Assembly: GCA_043228905.1 (NCBI GenBank)
Contig: JBHGNT010000012.1
Location: 16,678,001 to 16,742,000 of the forward strand
Source of the DNA: Azolla caroliniana
Taxonomy: Eukaryota > Plantae > Polypodiophyta
DNA: 64,000 nucleotides
Direction of reading: 5' to 3'
Under the pieces are notes generated by a model. The model ran no database searches. It was not told the DNA's origin and was given only the letters and a program-made list of their open reading frames with translations. The position numbers and the translations under genes are program-made. This document shows, piece by piece, positions 21,701 through 33,713 of this stretch (position 1 is its first letter; each line of letters begins with the position of its first letter).

Positions 21701-24065
21701 CGGTATTCCCCTCCGTTATCCGCTCGTATCGCTTTCAGCTTCTTGCCGGATTCCCTTTCCACTCTCGCGTGGAGTTCTTTGAAGACGCACAACACTTGGT
21801 CCTTTGTCTTCAACGGTGTTGTCCACAGCTTCCGGCTGTGATCATCAATGAATGTTACGAAGTACTGGGCTCCGCCATGTGACTTCGTTTCTACCTGACA
21901 CACATCAGTGTGCACCAACTCCAATGGTGCGCTACGTCTCGTCGGTGGCCTTGAATGGAAGGAGGTTCGGTTCTGCTTACCGGCCAGGCAATCGGTGCAC
22001 TTCTCCAGGTGCACATGCTTCACTGGAATAAGGTTGTCTTCTGCAAGCCTCTTCATCCCCTTCTCACTCATGTGGCACAGTCTTTTGTGCCACAGCTCAC
22101 CGGCAGTGTCGGCTGCCACATTCAGCTCTTCCGGACATAACCGGGCATTCATCAAGTACAGTGTGTTGACTTTCCGGGCCCGAGCCACTATCAGGCTCCC
22201 CTTGCTGAACTTCATTACGCCGTTCCGGATGCTACCTGTGTAGCCTTCATCGTCTAGCCTCCCGGCCGAAATCAGGTTCAATCGAACCTCTGGAACATGT
22301 CGGACATCCTTCAGCAGCATTTTGCATCCGGTCGAGGTTGTCAACCACACGTCTCCTATGCCGGCAATTCGGCACGTACCTTCATTTCCCATCCGAACAC
22401 AGCCATGCTCACCGGCTGTGTAGGATGAGAAGTATCTTCTCTCCGGGGTCAGGTGGAACGATGCTCCGGAATCGACCACCCAGGTCGTCTCATCGCCGGC
22501 AATGTTTAGTTCACCTTCTTCGGTGATGAGCATGATTTCTTCCTCACTTGCCGCGAGTGCCGTCGTTCCTTTCTGGTCCTGCCCTCGCCGATCCGGACCT
22601 CTCCGGTCCGTGGCTCCCCGGTATGCACCGTTTCTCTCCGGTGACTTCTTCGAATCGGTGTCGTCGGCTCCGTTGTCCTTTCGGTAATGTCGACAATTCT
22701 TCCGGAAGTGCCCCGGCTTCCCACAGTGGAAGCATGTGGGTCTTCCTCTTGACTGCGACCGGGTCCCCGACTTCTCCCGTCTTTGCGGACTCCGGTTCCA
22801 TTGTCTTCCCCGATCCGATTCGGTAAGCAACATCTTCGGATCGGAGGCCGGTTCTTTATCTCTCCGACACGCTTCTTCGTTCAAAATACTTGTCTTTACC
22901 GTTTGTAGGGACAAGTTATCTTCCGTGCAGGAGGTGCTGAGAGTCACCACCAAGTTCTCCCAGCTTTCCGGCAATGTACACATCAGAATGATGGCTTGCA
23001 TTGCATCCTCCAGCGGGAACTTGATCGCCGCAAGCTGGTTCACGAATCCCATGAACGTGCTTACGTGTTCCACCATACTCTCGCCGTCCCGATACTTGAG
23101 GTTCACTATCTTCCTCATCAGGGAGGTCCGGTTCAACGCATTCTTCCTCTCGTAGAGGCCCGACAGCTTCCGCCACATCTCATATGCGTTGATGTCGTTC
23201 GCCACATGTTGTAGAACGCTCACGTCTACGTATTGCCGAATGGTTGCAACGGCTTTCCGGTTCAGAAGCCTCCATTCCGACTCAAGTACTCCCTTCGGTA
23301 TTTCCGACCTGTCAATCGGTTCGTACAGGTCCCGAACAATCAGAAGATCCTCCATCTTGATCTTCCAGTCGGCGTAATTCTGCGCATTCAGCACCATCAT
23401 CCCCGGCTGCCCGCTGCCGCCGCCTTCCATTTTCTGCAGCAGCCCGCTCTGATACCAAATTGATGGAAAATCAATCGACACTTTCCAAACTTCACCTCTC
23501 GGCCACAACCAAGGAAACACACGAATCGTTGTTGCAGAAAATGGGAAATGCGAGAAATAGAGTGGACACACGATTTAACGTGGAAAACCCTGTACGGGAA
23601 AAAAACCACGGGAGTACAAGACTCCGAACCAAAACTATGCACAGAGAAGTATACAATGGCGAGCTACAAGGCGACAACCTTGAGCTCGCTGTCCTCGCCA
23701 CAGGCGGCGGAAATACACAGAGGCGTCGACCTCTTCCTCTCTCACGCTCTATCTCTCTCACGGCTGCTCTCTCTTCACTCCTCTTGAGTGGAAAAACAGA
23801 AAAATGAGTAGCAACATTAAAACTGTTTGCCCTAAGTCATATTTATACACATATGACTTTGGGGCTATTTACAACTATAGCCTCAAGGGCCCTTGGCAAA
23901 CATATTCACAGATATGTCCCCGCATCCGGATCTCTCTCCGGGTACATTCGTCATCCGGCTCCGAAGCCGGGGTCTTCATCATCCGGTTCCGAAACCGCAA
24001 CCGGGCTTGTCGGCATTCATCTCCGATATCCGACCATCCCATCCGAAGGGACCGTAATCCCAACA
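18742..24065 (-). mobile_element. Full-length, young Ty1/copia retrotransposon (Tnt1/Tork-like), 5324 bp
   Basis: 605-bp LTRs 18742-19346 and 23461-24065 with 3 substitutions seen. Perfect TSD ATGAC (18737-18741 and 24066-24070). PBS TGGTATCAGAGC (tRNA-iMet) at 23446-23457; PPT AAGGGGGAGTT at 19347-19357. Confidence 0.98.
19357..23430 (-). pseudogene. Copia gag-protease-integrase-RT-RNase H polyprotein, 1357 codons, one in-frame TAG at 20539-20541
   Basis: ATG at 23430 (MEGGGSGQPG). Motifs CFHCGKPGHFRKNC, WVVDSGASFH, LVHTDVC, IRADNGGEY, QMDVKTAFLHGDL, LLYVDDMLI and FTDSD. ORFs 20539-23571 and 19357-20502 are in frame across IYM*QPEGF. Confidence 0.96.
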
Positions 24066-24512
24066 ATGACTATAGCTAATTAGCTACCAGAATAGCTAAT
24101 CCCCTACTAGAATAGCTAATTAGCTACCTAAGAATATGAGCATAGCTATTTAGCTACCAGAATAGCTAATAAAATGTGTATGACTATAGCTAATTAGCTA
24201 CCAGAATAGCTAACTAGTTATTCCTAATAGCTAATTTAGTTATTACCAACTAATTAGCTACTAGGATAGCTAATTAGCTACTAGAATAGCTAATAAGCTA
24301 TCAATCATATCAAATTAGCTAGCACTTACAGCTAATTAACTACCTGCCTTTGACTGTAGCTATTTAGCTACCAAAATAGCTAATTAGCTACCTAAGAATT
24401 TGAGCATAACTATTTAGCTACCGGAATAGCTAATTAGTTGTGTATGACTAGCTAATTAGCTACCAGAATAGTTAGCTAACTAACTAGCTAATTAGTTGCA
24501 TATGACTATAGC
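24066..24512. repeat. TAGCTAATTAGCTA palindrome array, right part
   Basis: Continuation of 18220-18741. A ~118-bp higher-order unit lies on both sides of the copia insertion. Confidence 0.92.
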
Positions 24513-27500
24513 TGCACTTGTGAGTGCCCAATTTGTCGATCAAGCCTACAAGAGCACTGTAAATCATCTGAGCATGTTATCTCTTCCATGAGTTGTCTTT
24601 TAGATTCAGTATTGTGTTCGAGAGAAGCTAAGGTTATCTTCCACAGTCATAAATGTGTCATGGGTTTATGTCAAGATTGTGGCCCTAGTAGATTTAGGTG
24701 GTGTCTAAATGAATTTAGTGAAATATTAATCTCTATCAAGTTATTTGAGTCAGTTGACACCAATTTCGAAGGAAATGTGTGTAAAAGAAAGGATCTAGTT
24801 AGGAAGTCGCTTAAACCAAGGGATTTGGCGTCTCTATTTGTAGTATCTCTAGGAAAGTTCATTAAACACAACTTCATTTATTCATGGCAAGCCCATCAGT
24901 TTAAGACTTGCATATCTGATTTTCCAAATGATGTAGTAGTCGCAGTAGTAGATTTCGCAGAGAATTATACTTTCAAGCAGTAGAATGAAATTCAATCTAT
25001 GCATTGGTGTTCAGCGTAGGTAACCATTTCTGTGCACATAACATATTTTTGAGTTTCAGGTGATGTTAAAAAAGTAATTCATTTTTTTATTTCTGATGAT
25101 AAGAAGCATGATACCTTGTTCATCCAACATTGTTTTAACTTACATTGGCAATAGTTATTAGCTAAACGTTTGGAGCTTACTCAACATTAGGTCTGGTCTG
25201 ACGGAGCTACATCACAATTCAAGGCTAGACGTCCATTTTATTTTGTGGGGAGGTATCCTACTATAATAGGTTTGGAGATGAGATGGAATTTTTTTGGGTC
25301 TGGCCATGGTAAAGGTGAACATGATGGTGCAGGTGTTGTTATAAAGCGGGCACTTACCCATGAACAACTAAAGGCAAATGGTGTGCAGATCAATTGTGCA
25401 GCACATGTAGTTGAATTTTTAAGAGCTAATATGTCAACAAGTGCAACTGGTGTTTATTCCTCGCAAGTCCGAGATATCAAACGTGAACTTTGGGAAGTGA
25501 AAATAGATGAAGTAAATAGGGAGAAGACCTAGGAGTGCCAAGGAATTCCCGAATTGTGATCTCTCCATGTTGTTCGCAATTATTCGAGGTTGGATGGTCA
25601 TTGTATTGCAGTTAGAGAATTAACTTGTTTTTGCTTCCATTGTGTGCAAGGAAATTAGAGGTATTATTTAAACAAAGCATATATTCAGAACTGGGAGTAT
25701 CATACATTGAACGATAAGGAAGTAGTTGATGCAGAAACAGTAAAGAATGCTGACTTCACATGTCAAGGATGTGAAGATACTCTGAGTGATGTCTTAAATG
25801 TTGGGGATAATTTCGTTGTAAATGCAGAACAAGGCAATTCAGAGGGTGATGATTTCTATATATTGAAGTGCACGGTTAGTAAACAGTGTGCAACGTAGAA
25901 TATATTAGATGCTTGGGGAAATGTTGTATCTACCGGGACATTCTACATCGAAGGTATTTTTTATGCAAGACTAGATGATTACAATTATGTGTATAGGCTA
26001 TTAGAAGACAAACCAGTGGCGTACATGTACTCTCATTTGGTTAGGTGCATCAATGTCCCAATGTCGCAATACAATAGTTGCTCAAGTTTATACACAGTTA
26101 GTGCTAATGTGTATGAATGTATTTACAACAATATGCCATGGAATTTGTAGCTACAAGTAGCAATTACCAGTTTTCTTGTAAAACAAACTAAGCACATGTA
26201 TTGCAAGTAAACAGTTTAATGGACTTGTTTGGGAGTTTTTTTTTTATATACAATCTACGTCTTGTGCTTCTTTCTCAATAAAATCGTGTCTTTTTTATAT
26301 ACAGTCTTCTTTCTGTTCTTCTTTCTTAAAAACTAGTTTAATAATATCGTTTAGGGTTCTTCTTTCTTATATACAGATTTACTCAAGTGAACCATGTACA
26401 AGTTAAAATAGTTTGCATAATTTTAAGAAAAAACACTATCATGAAATCAGCAATCCTGAACATACTCTTAAAATTACACAATAGATAAGTTCCTCAAAAC
26501 AAACAATTTAATTCTTTATTGATTAATCTGTCATCAAATTACATATTTATAACATCCCATTGGCAATGTCTTCAAATCGTCTATAAACAATTAAGCTCTT
26601 GTTGGTCAGTGGAACTTCTCTACATATATGATCTGCATACTGAGCTCGGTATGGAGTCCACAACCATGCAGTTAGTTGGCAGCTCAATGTTTTCACCAAG
26701 TAGTGTTCAGGCATTTCCTCGGGTAGAATGAGACAGCATCTACGGATATTGAAGTAATGCCAGAAATATTCTGTATCTAGAATCAATGTATTGTCGGCAT
26801 TATAATCTGGCCAAGTAGCCCAAAAATCAAAAAGTCTTTTTAATCTTGCAACATCCTTTTGCTCACATTTCTCTCGTGTCCACTAACCCTTGAAATGTTG
26901 TCACCACTTCGGGAAGAATCTTTCTACACACTTCCACACATCTGTACGTGGTTTTTCACTCCAAATAAACAAATCGAAGTATTGCACAACCCACTCTAGA
27001 AATTTATTTGCGTCCCTCCTTGGTGTCATATATCGCACACTCATTAGGACTTTATCAAGCTCCAAGATCAAGGCTCTTCTTTCAACTTCTAATGGTTTAG
27101 GTTTCCATTCCTGTAACTGAACCTCTGTTACACCAATTACTGGTAGCACACGATCAATGTATTGTCGGCATTACAGGTTCTGTCGACACAATTGGTGTCC
27201 TTTTCCTCTTCAAACCCCTGGTCAATTGTGTTGGGCCTGGCTTCACATTCCGATGCTCTTGTATTGTCAACTTAGTCATTAGCTCAGTGCATGTGGAAAC
27301 TGATCTGGTCGATATCAGCCCACTAGTATCACATGCTGCATCTACTTGCAAAATTAGATCATATGTGCAACATGCTTGATCAACTTGCGTGACCAGATCA
27401 TTTGTGCCAGCTGCTACATCTACTTTCAAGATGTGGCCCTCTAAACGCGCAGCAACATCAACAGTTTCCACACTACCATCAACCTTAGGAGCAATAGATT

Positions 27501-28309
27501 CAAACCCTTTAGACTCTGCAACATCAGAAAACATCAACATATTCACACTCACAAAGTAACTAACAATCTCACAAAACAACATAATGAACATGAAATATTT
27601 TCCATCATAGAACAACATGAACATAATTATCTTGGAGAAACATCATAGAGTTCCATTACATAATTGTGGATCAAGCAACAACCAATTTGAGGTTTTACTT
27701 GTCCAAATAGATCATAGTAAAACTTCATAAAACCTTAGGAAAATCGATAACAATCATATCCCACTAATAAGTATTTCGCTCCAATTCAAGAGCCCCTTGA
27801 CCGAGTAACTGGTCTTGTCCCCGATCATGACCCCTTCTTCAACCTTTTTCTAGTCGGTTTCCCATTTAGCCTTGCTTCTTTCACCCATTTTGCAAGTGTG
27901 TCCTCCTCCGACAACCTTTCCATCACCTCAGCAACAGCTTGCATGTCAGCAACGTCTTGCGCTAGCTTTTCCAGTACAATGGGATCTGTTTGGACATTAT
28001 CAGTAGTTGGGCTCGGTGGGGTGGAATCAAGGTTTTGGGATTCGAAGAAATGCTGCATCAAGTGTTCAAAAACATTGTTGTTGTGAACCTCAAATTTACA
28101 TGTTGTTTCCAATATTTCATGGTTTTTCACATCGTTGCCTAATTCAATACAATCTTCCAAAAGAATAGGGTGGAGTTGATCTGAAGGAGATGTGATAGCA
28201 GCACTCTTACTTTCAGCCACGTTGGCAACTATCTCCTCATCGATTGTAGCGTCATCAACATCAGACACCTCATCCGCCCTCCTTAACCCACAAGATTCTA
28301 CAACAACAT

Positions 28310-28928
28310 TATAGCTAATTAGCTACTTAGCTACATCTTAGCTAACTAGCTATTCTTCTAGACTATGACAATAGCTAATTAGCTACCATTGAGCTAATTA
28401 GCTACTTCGCTTAGGTATGGTACTAGCTAATTTGGTACAACTTAGCTAATTAGCTACTCTTTGTCAATATGGTAGCAACTAATTAGCTACTCTACTAAAG
28501 TATGGTAGTAGCTAATTAACTAACTGGCTCAAGTATGGTACTAGCTAATTAGCCACTATAGCTAAAGTATGGTAGTACCTAATTAGCTACCACTTAGCTA
28601 ATTAGCTACTGTACTAAACTATGATAGTAGCTAATTAGCTACCACTTAGCTAATTAGCTACTGTACTAAACTATGGTAGTAGCTAATTGGCTACCACTTA
28701 GCTAATTAGCTAATCAGCTAAAGTATGGTAGTAGCTAATTAGCTACCACTTAGCTAATTAGTTACTCAACTAAACTATGGTAGTAGCTAATTAGCTACTC
28801 AACTAAAGTATGGTAGTAGCTAATTAGCTACCACTTAGCTAATTAGTTACTCAACTAATCTATGGTAGTAGCTAATTAACTACCACTTAGCTAATTAGCT
28901 ATTGTACTAAACTATGGTAGTAGCTATT
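28310..28928. repeat. TAGCTAATTAGCTA palindrome array (probable cargo-gene intron)
   Basis: Units like TATGGTAGTAGCTAATTAGCTACCACTTAGCTAATTAGCTAC repeated many times. Confidence 0.92.
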
Positions 28929-29967
28929 ATTAGACAAAAAAGTCTTTCCTTCTTCACCCTTTCTTCTACTAAGCTTCTTATAACCCTCTTATTCTTTCTC
29001 CCTTCTTCTTGTAGATAATCTATCCTCTCTCCTTCGTAACTATTCTATTCCCCCCTCGTCTCCCCAATTGCTAAGAATACCCTCATACTTATAGGTTTTT
29101 AGTTGCGTTATTCTTGCTTTTTCTTTTCTTTTCTTTTACATATCCTCGAGTTTGTGTGGTGCGTTTTTCATATCATTATTTCTAGTTTTTCATCAAAATT
29201 TGTCATACAAGAAAGCTCTCTTTGTCAGCTTTCTTAGAATATTTTCTTTTGAAATTTGGATAAGAGATGAAGAAGTTATGAGCTTTTTTCTCTACCTTCC
29301 TTTTTTTGCTTAATTTCCTGCATTTTTCTTCTTTTTCTTTTTTTCTACTTTTTCTACTTTTGAAAAACGCCTCTAACTTTATTTCTCTTCAATTTCATTT
29401 ATCTTTTAACTCTTGGACCTTTCATATTGTGCTTTATTCTTCTATACCTTCTCATCCAATGTATTTGTCGCGGTCTTTTCCTATGAGCAAAAATCCACTT
29501 CACAGCTACCACTTAGCTAATTAACTACATGTTATCTAATTAGCTACTACACTACAACCATAACAACTAAATAGTTTCCACCCTTTGTACGGCTTACCTA
29601 ATTAGCAAAGATGTAACTAATTAGCTACACTATGGTCACAAGCAGCAATTTTACCTATTAGTTTTCTCCACTCATCTAGGAGAGCTATACTCAAATCCCC
29701 CAAACAGAATGTAGGAATGCGACAGGCATATTGAAAACAAACGATATGGTATGTGTGCTGGCAGGGTTGTAGGTGAACCAACAGAGTAGCAGATTTGTCC
29801 TCTACACGTAATCCGCAAGCGATGCAACGTGCTTGGATAGTCAATATATCATTTCCTCTCCTTTATTTGGTAAGGGAGCAAGAATGTTCAGGTCTAATTC
29901 TTGTCTGCTCCTTACCATCCCCTCCACAAAATGTAGTTGCTTCTTAAGGCAGATAACTACCTATTCT

Positions 29968-30963
29968 TGACGGGAGTATTGTTCATTCAACGCAGCCGAG
30001 AAATTTACCGATTAATTATTCCTTAATGAAGAAGATACAACAACAAGAAACAAGAATCATTAACTTACTTATAGCTTGTCCAAATTGAAATCATCGACAA
30101 TATTTACACCTAGAATGTCCAGGTTCATTGAAAGAACCTAGATCTCTATTTGCAATTGAATTTTCCGTTGGACGGGAGTATTGTTCCTTCAACGCAGCCG
30201 AGAAATTTACCGATTAATTATTCCTTAATGAAGAAGATACAACAACAAGAAACAAGAATCATTAACTTACTTATAGCTTGTCCAAATTGTAATCATCGAC
30301 AATATTTACACCTAGAATGTCCAGGTTCATTGAAAGAACCTAGATCTCTGTTTGCAATTGAATTTTCCGTTGGACGGGAGTATTGTTCCTTCAACACAGC
30401 CGAGAAATTTACCGATTAATTATTCCTTAATGAAGAAGATACAACAACAAGAAACAAGAATCATTAACTTACTTATAGCTTGTCCAAATTGTAATCATCG
30501 ACAATATTTACACCTAGAATGTCCAGGTTCATTGAAAGAACCTAGATCTCTGTTTGCAATTGAATTTTCCATTGGACGGGAGTATTGTTCCTTCAACGTA
30601 GCCGAGAAATTTACCGATTAATTATTCCTTAATGAAGAAGACAAGAATCATTAACTTACTTATAGCTTGTCCAAATTGTAATCATCGACAGTATTTACGC
30701 CTAGAATGTCCAAGTTCATTGAAAGAACCTAGATCTCTGTTTGCAATTGAATTTTCCGTTGGACGGGAGTATTGTTCCTTCAACACAGCCGAGAAATTTA
30801 CCGATTAATTATTCCTTAATGAAGAAGATACAACAACAAGAAACAAGAATCATTAACTTACTTATAGCTTGTCCAAATTGAAATCATCGACAGTATTTAC
30901 GCCTAGAATGTCCAGGTTCATTGAAAGAACCTAGATCTCTATTTGCAATTGAATTTTCCGTTG
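29968..30963. repeat. 202-bp tandem repeat, ~5 near-identical copies
   Basis: Near-identical ORFs at 30150 and 30352 give a period of 202; one copy has a short deletion. Confidence 0.95.
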
Positions 30964-31749
30964 GGGATCCAGCGACCCCTCAATTTCAAGCTCATGTTGA
31001 GCAAATTGTTCCAGATAATGCCTCACTAGCACATTTTCATGTACAAGTTATTTATAACATATTACATACTAGGAAAATAATAGGTACCTGAATCTTATTT
31101 CTAATTGTTGTAACTGCCAAAGGGATTTTGCTCTCGATTGCAGCAGCCAATGTTGCTTTCTCTAAATCAGTCTTAAAAAACTCCAATGTCTCACATGCTT
31201 CATGGACATTTTTTAGCATATAACTAATCAATGTCTCACTTGTATCAACAACATTGGCTTTCATTGTGTGTCAGTGTGGTGTATACTTGCGAGTTTGTTG
31301 GGAGTCGGCAGTTGCATCATCAACTGCCATGCTCCAAAATCTTGCCATTTTTTGTTGCAAGCTCCCCATCTTTTGGCATCTTTCTACCGATGCCTCACCA
31401 TAAATTGCCCAAGCTACCCTGTACATTTCAGGGTCACGAGATTCCTTCGTTGTTTTGCAATACTCGTATGCAAAAGCTCTGGCAAATGAAACAGACAACT
31501 CGTTGTTGATTGGGATCTCTTGATCTAGACACTTTATATACTGACATCCAGTCTACATCATTAATCAATCTATCTGTAAGAACAACAGGGTCAATACCCT
31601 CGAGCGACAGACCACATACGTTGTGAAAGTCCTCCTTTTTCTCGCAAAATTTTGCGAAGTTCAGCACTCTAGGATAGGGAGGAACAAGCCACCTGAAATA
31701 GAAAATCAATAATCATAATTGGTGCAAAAACATAATTTTTAATGTGAAT

Positions 31750-32095
31750 TTGGTGCAAAATTACAACACTTTGAGACAGTAATCTGAAATTTGTAATCTG
31801 TCCTTTTCAACATGTATCAGAAATCAACCACTTAAAAAAACAAAAACCCTAATCAGAATTTGTCATGAGAATTGGTGCAAAATTACAACACTTTGAGATA
31901 GTAATCTGAAATTTGTAATATGTCCTTTTCAACATGTATCAGAAATCAACCACTTAAAAAATCAGAAACCCAAATCAGAATTTCTCATGAGAATTGGTGC
32001 AAAGTTACAACACATTGCGATAGTAATCAAGAGTTTCTAATATGAAATTTGTAACTAGAAACTTGTAATCTGAAATTTGTAATCAGAAACCCTAA
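31750..32095. repeat. ~122-bp tandem repeat, ~2.5 copies, in the first cargo-gene intron
   Basis: TTGGTGCAAAATTACAACAC...GTAATC at ~31751, ~31872 and ~31994. Confidence 0.8.
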
Positions 32096-32686
32096 ACCAC
32101 TTACGGAAAAGACAAACCCTAATCATCACTAAAGGCAAAAATCAACCGTAATACAAAATTCTGTCAATCAGAAACACACCTGCTGCTACACCCCAATCTT
32201 CGAGACATCCTTGTTTGGGACTCCAACGACTTCGCCCTATTCGATTTTTGGGAAAGAAGAACAAGCACCAAAGTTACAAACAGTTATCAGGAAGGGAAAA
32301 AAAAAATTTAATATGTAATTGATACATACCTGGACGAGGATCAAACTAAAGGTGCAATGTCGATCTTAGAGTTTTTGTGCTGCTCCGGGAGCTTCGTCTG
32401 CATTCGTGCTCAGAGTACTGCATCTGTTTGGAGTTCGAACTCGAACTTAGGATTATCAGGAATTTGATGACATTCAAGTCAACCTTAGATGATGGCACTA
32501 TTCCCCAAGTTCCACTACGTCAGAAACCAAAGTTCAAATATTTGAGTATTCTCATAAATTAAATGACATATATTTAACTAAAAATACATAAAATTTTGTA
32601 AACCATCCTTATGATTTTCCCACAAAAAACTAGCTAAACAAATAGCTAATTAGATGTGGCCATTTTAGTAGCTAATTAGCTATAAT

Positions 32687-33692
32687 CATAGATTGACATA
32701 TTCGCATTTGTGGGGGTTACCAAACAAATGCACACGAATACGCATAAGAATGCATGAAAAAATATTCGTAAAAAAGAAAAGAAAAAGAGTTCATACTTTT
32801 TAGTTTTTTAATATATCATATAACAAAGAGAGTTTCACATTAAATAGGGGATATTTAACTTCACATTAAAAAGGAGACTTACACTAAATAATATTTTTAT
32901 AATATAGATGAAAAACTTAAAAGCTATTTTATTTTTAATAAATAATAATAAATAAAAGGTTTATTAGTTCCCCACTTTTTACTCTCCCACAAAATTTGAT
33001 ATTTTTATCTATTGTTAAAATGGGACATCACACTAATAATATTTTTAGAATAGATATAAAACTTAAATTATTTGTTTTATTTTTTAATAAATAAAAGGTA
33101 CCCATAAATTTCATATTTTTATCTCACATTAAAAAGAGGACCTCACACTAATAATATTTTTAGAATAGATATAAAACTTAAATTTATTTGTTTTATTTTT
33201 TAATAAAGAAAAATAAAAATATATAAATATATAAATATTTTTAGAATAGATATAAAACTTAAATGTATTTTTTTTATTTTTTAATAAAGAAAAATAAAAA
33301 TAAAAATATGTAAATAAGTAGAATAAATAAAAGGTTCCCATAAAATTTCGTATTTTTATCTCACATTAAAAAGGGGACCTCACACTAATAATATTCTTAT
33401 AATAGATGAAAAACTTAAAAAGTATTTTTTTTATTTTTAATAAAACAATAAAAATAAAAAATAAATAAAAAGTTCATTAATTCCCTACTTTTTACTGTCT
33501 TCACATTAAAAAGGGCACCTCACAAAAATAATATTTTTATATAATAGATGTAAAAATATTTATTTTTTAAATAATAAATAATAAATAATAAACAAATAAA
33601 CGAATGGTTTTGTAATATTCTTGGGGTCATTTCGTATTCTCAAATATTACGGATGTCGAATACTACGAATATCACACGTGGGTCAATCTATG
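32687..33692. mobile_element. Non-autonomous hAT-type element (1006 bp)
   Basis: Perfect 11-bp TIR CATAGATTGAC / GTCAATCTATG and perfect 8-bp TSD GCTATAAT (32679-32686, 33693-33700). Very AT-rich interior with CACATTAAAAAG..GACCTCACACTAATAATATT repeats. Confidence 0.88.
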
Positions 33693-33713
33693 GCTATAAT
33701 AGTGTTTCCACTC

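Larger units (their letters stand above)
17438..26150 (+). pseudogene. Intron-containing DDD transposase, Sola2-like (coding ~17438-18170 and ~24514-26150)
   Basis: FWTNESRVSPNKKDLRRKR..HPIHLL ends at a CAG|GT donor (18171). Then CVMGLCQDCG, VVDFAENY (D 24951), EIQSMHW, FISDDKKHD, VWSDGATSQFK (D 25200), WNFFGSGHGKGEHDGAG (D 25323) and RELTCFCFHC. Stop at 26148-26150; several internal stops. Superfamily assigned from motif memory. Confidence 0.75.
26547..32208 (-). pseudogene. Multi-exon accessory gene of the transposon: unknown N-terminus, RING-H2-like finger, acidic linker, FCP1/NIF-like HAD phosphatase domain
   Basis: ATG 32208, exon 32180-32208 splices in phase to 31692 (MSRRLGCSSR|WLVPPYP); donor at 31087. 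RING CIACG..LQPCQHTYHIVC at ~29730-29830. FCP1-like RALILELDKVL..PRRDANKFLEWVVQYFDLFIWS..LKRLFDFWATWPDYNADNTLILD at ~26770-27085. Stops and a frameshift are present; joining all pieces into one gene is an inference. Confidence 0.6.
16400..33713 (+). mobile_element. Large decayed DDD-type DNA transposon, probably Sola2-like, with a convergent accessory gene
   Basis: Transposase pseudogene (+) and cargo pseudogene (-) share TAGCTAATTAGCTA arrays that run up to a likely right end ...ATAGTGTTTCCACTC at 33713. Left end and TSD are not resolved. Confidence 0.6.

Noticed and set aside
19372-23463. Many plus-strand ORFs of 60-190 aa inside the young copia
   Set aside because: Antisense shadows of a GC-rich polyprotein ORF, with no independent motifs.
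30150-30621. Duplicated 89-aa plus-strand ORFs containing CPNC
   Set aside because: Products of the 202-bp repeat with TTG starts; the coding signal is on the minus strand.
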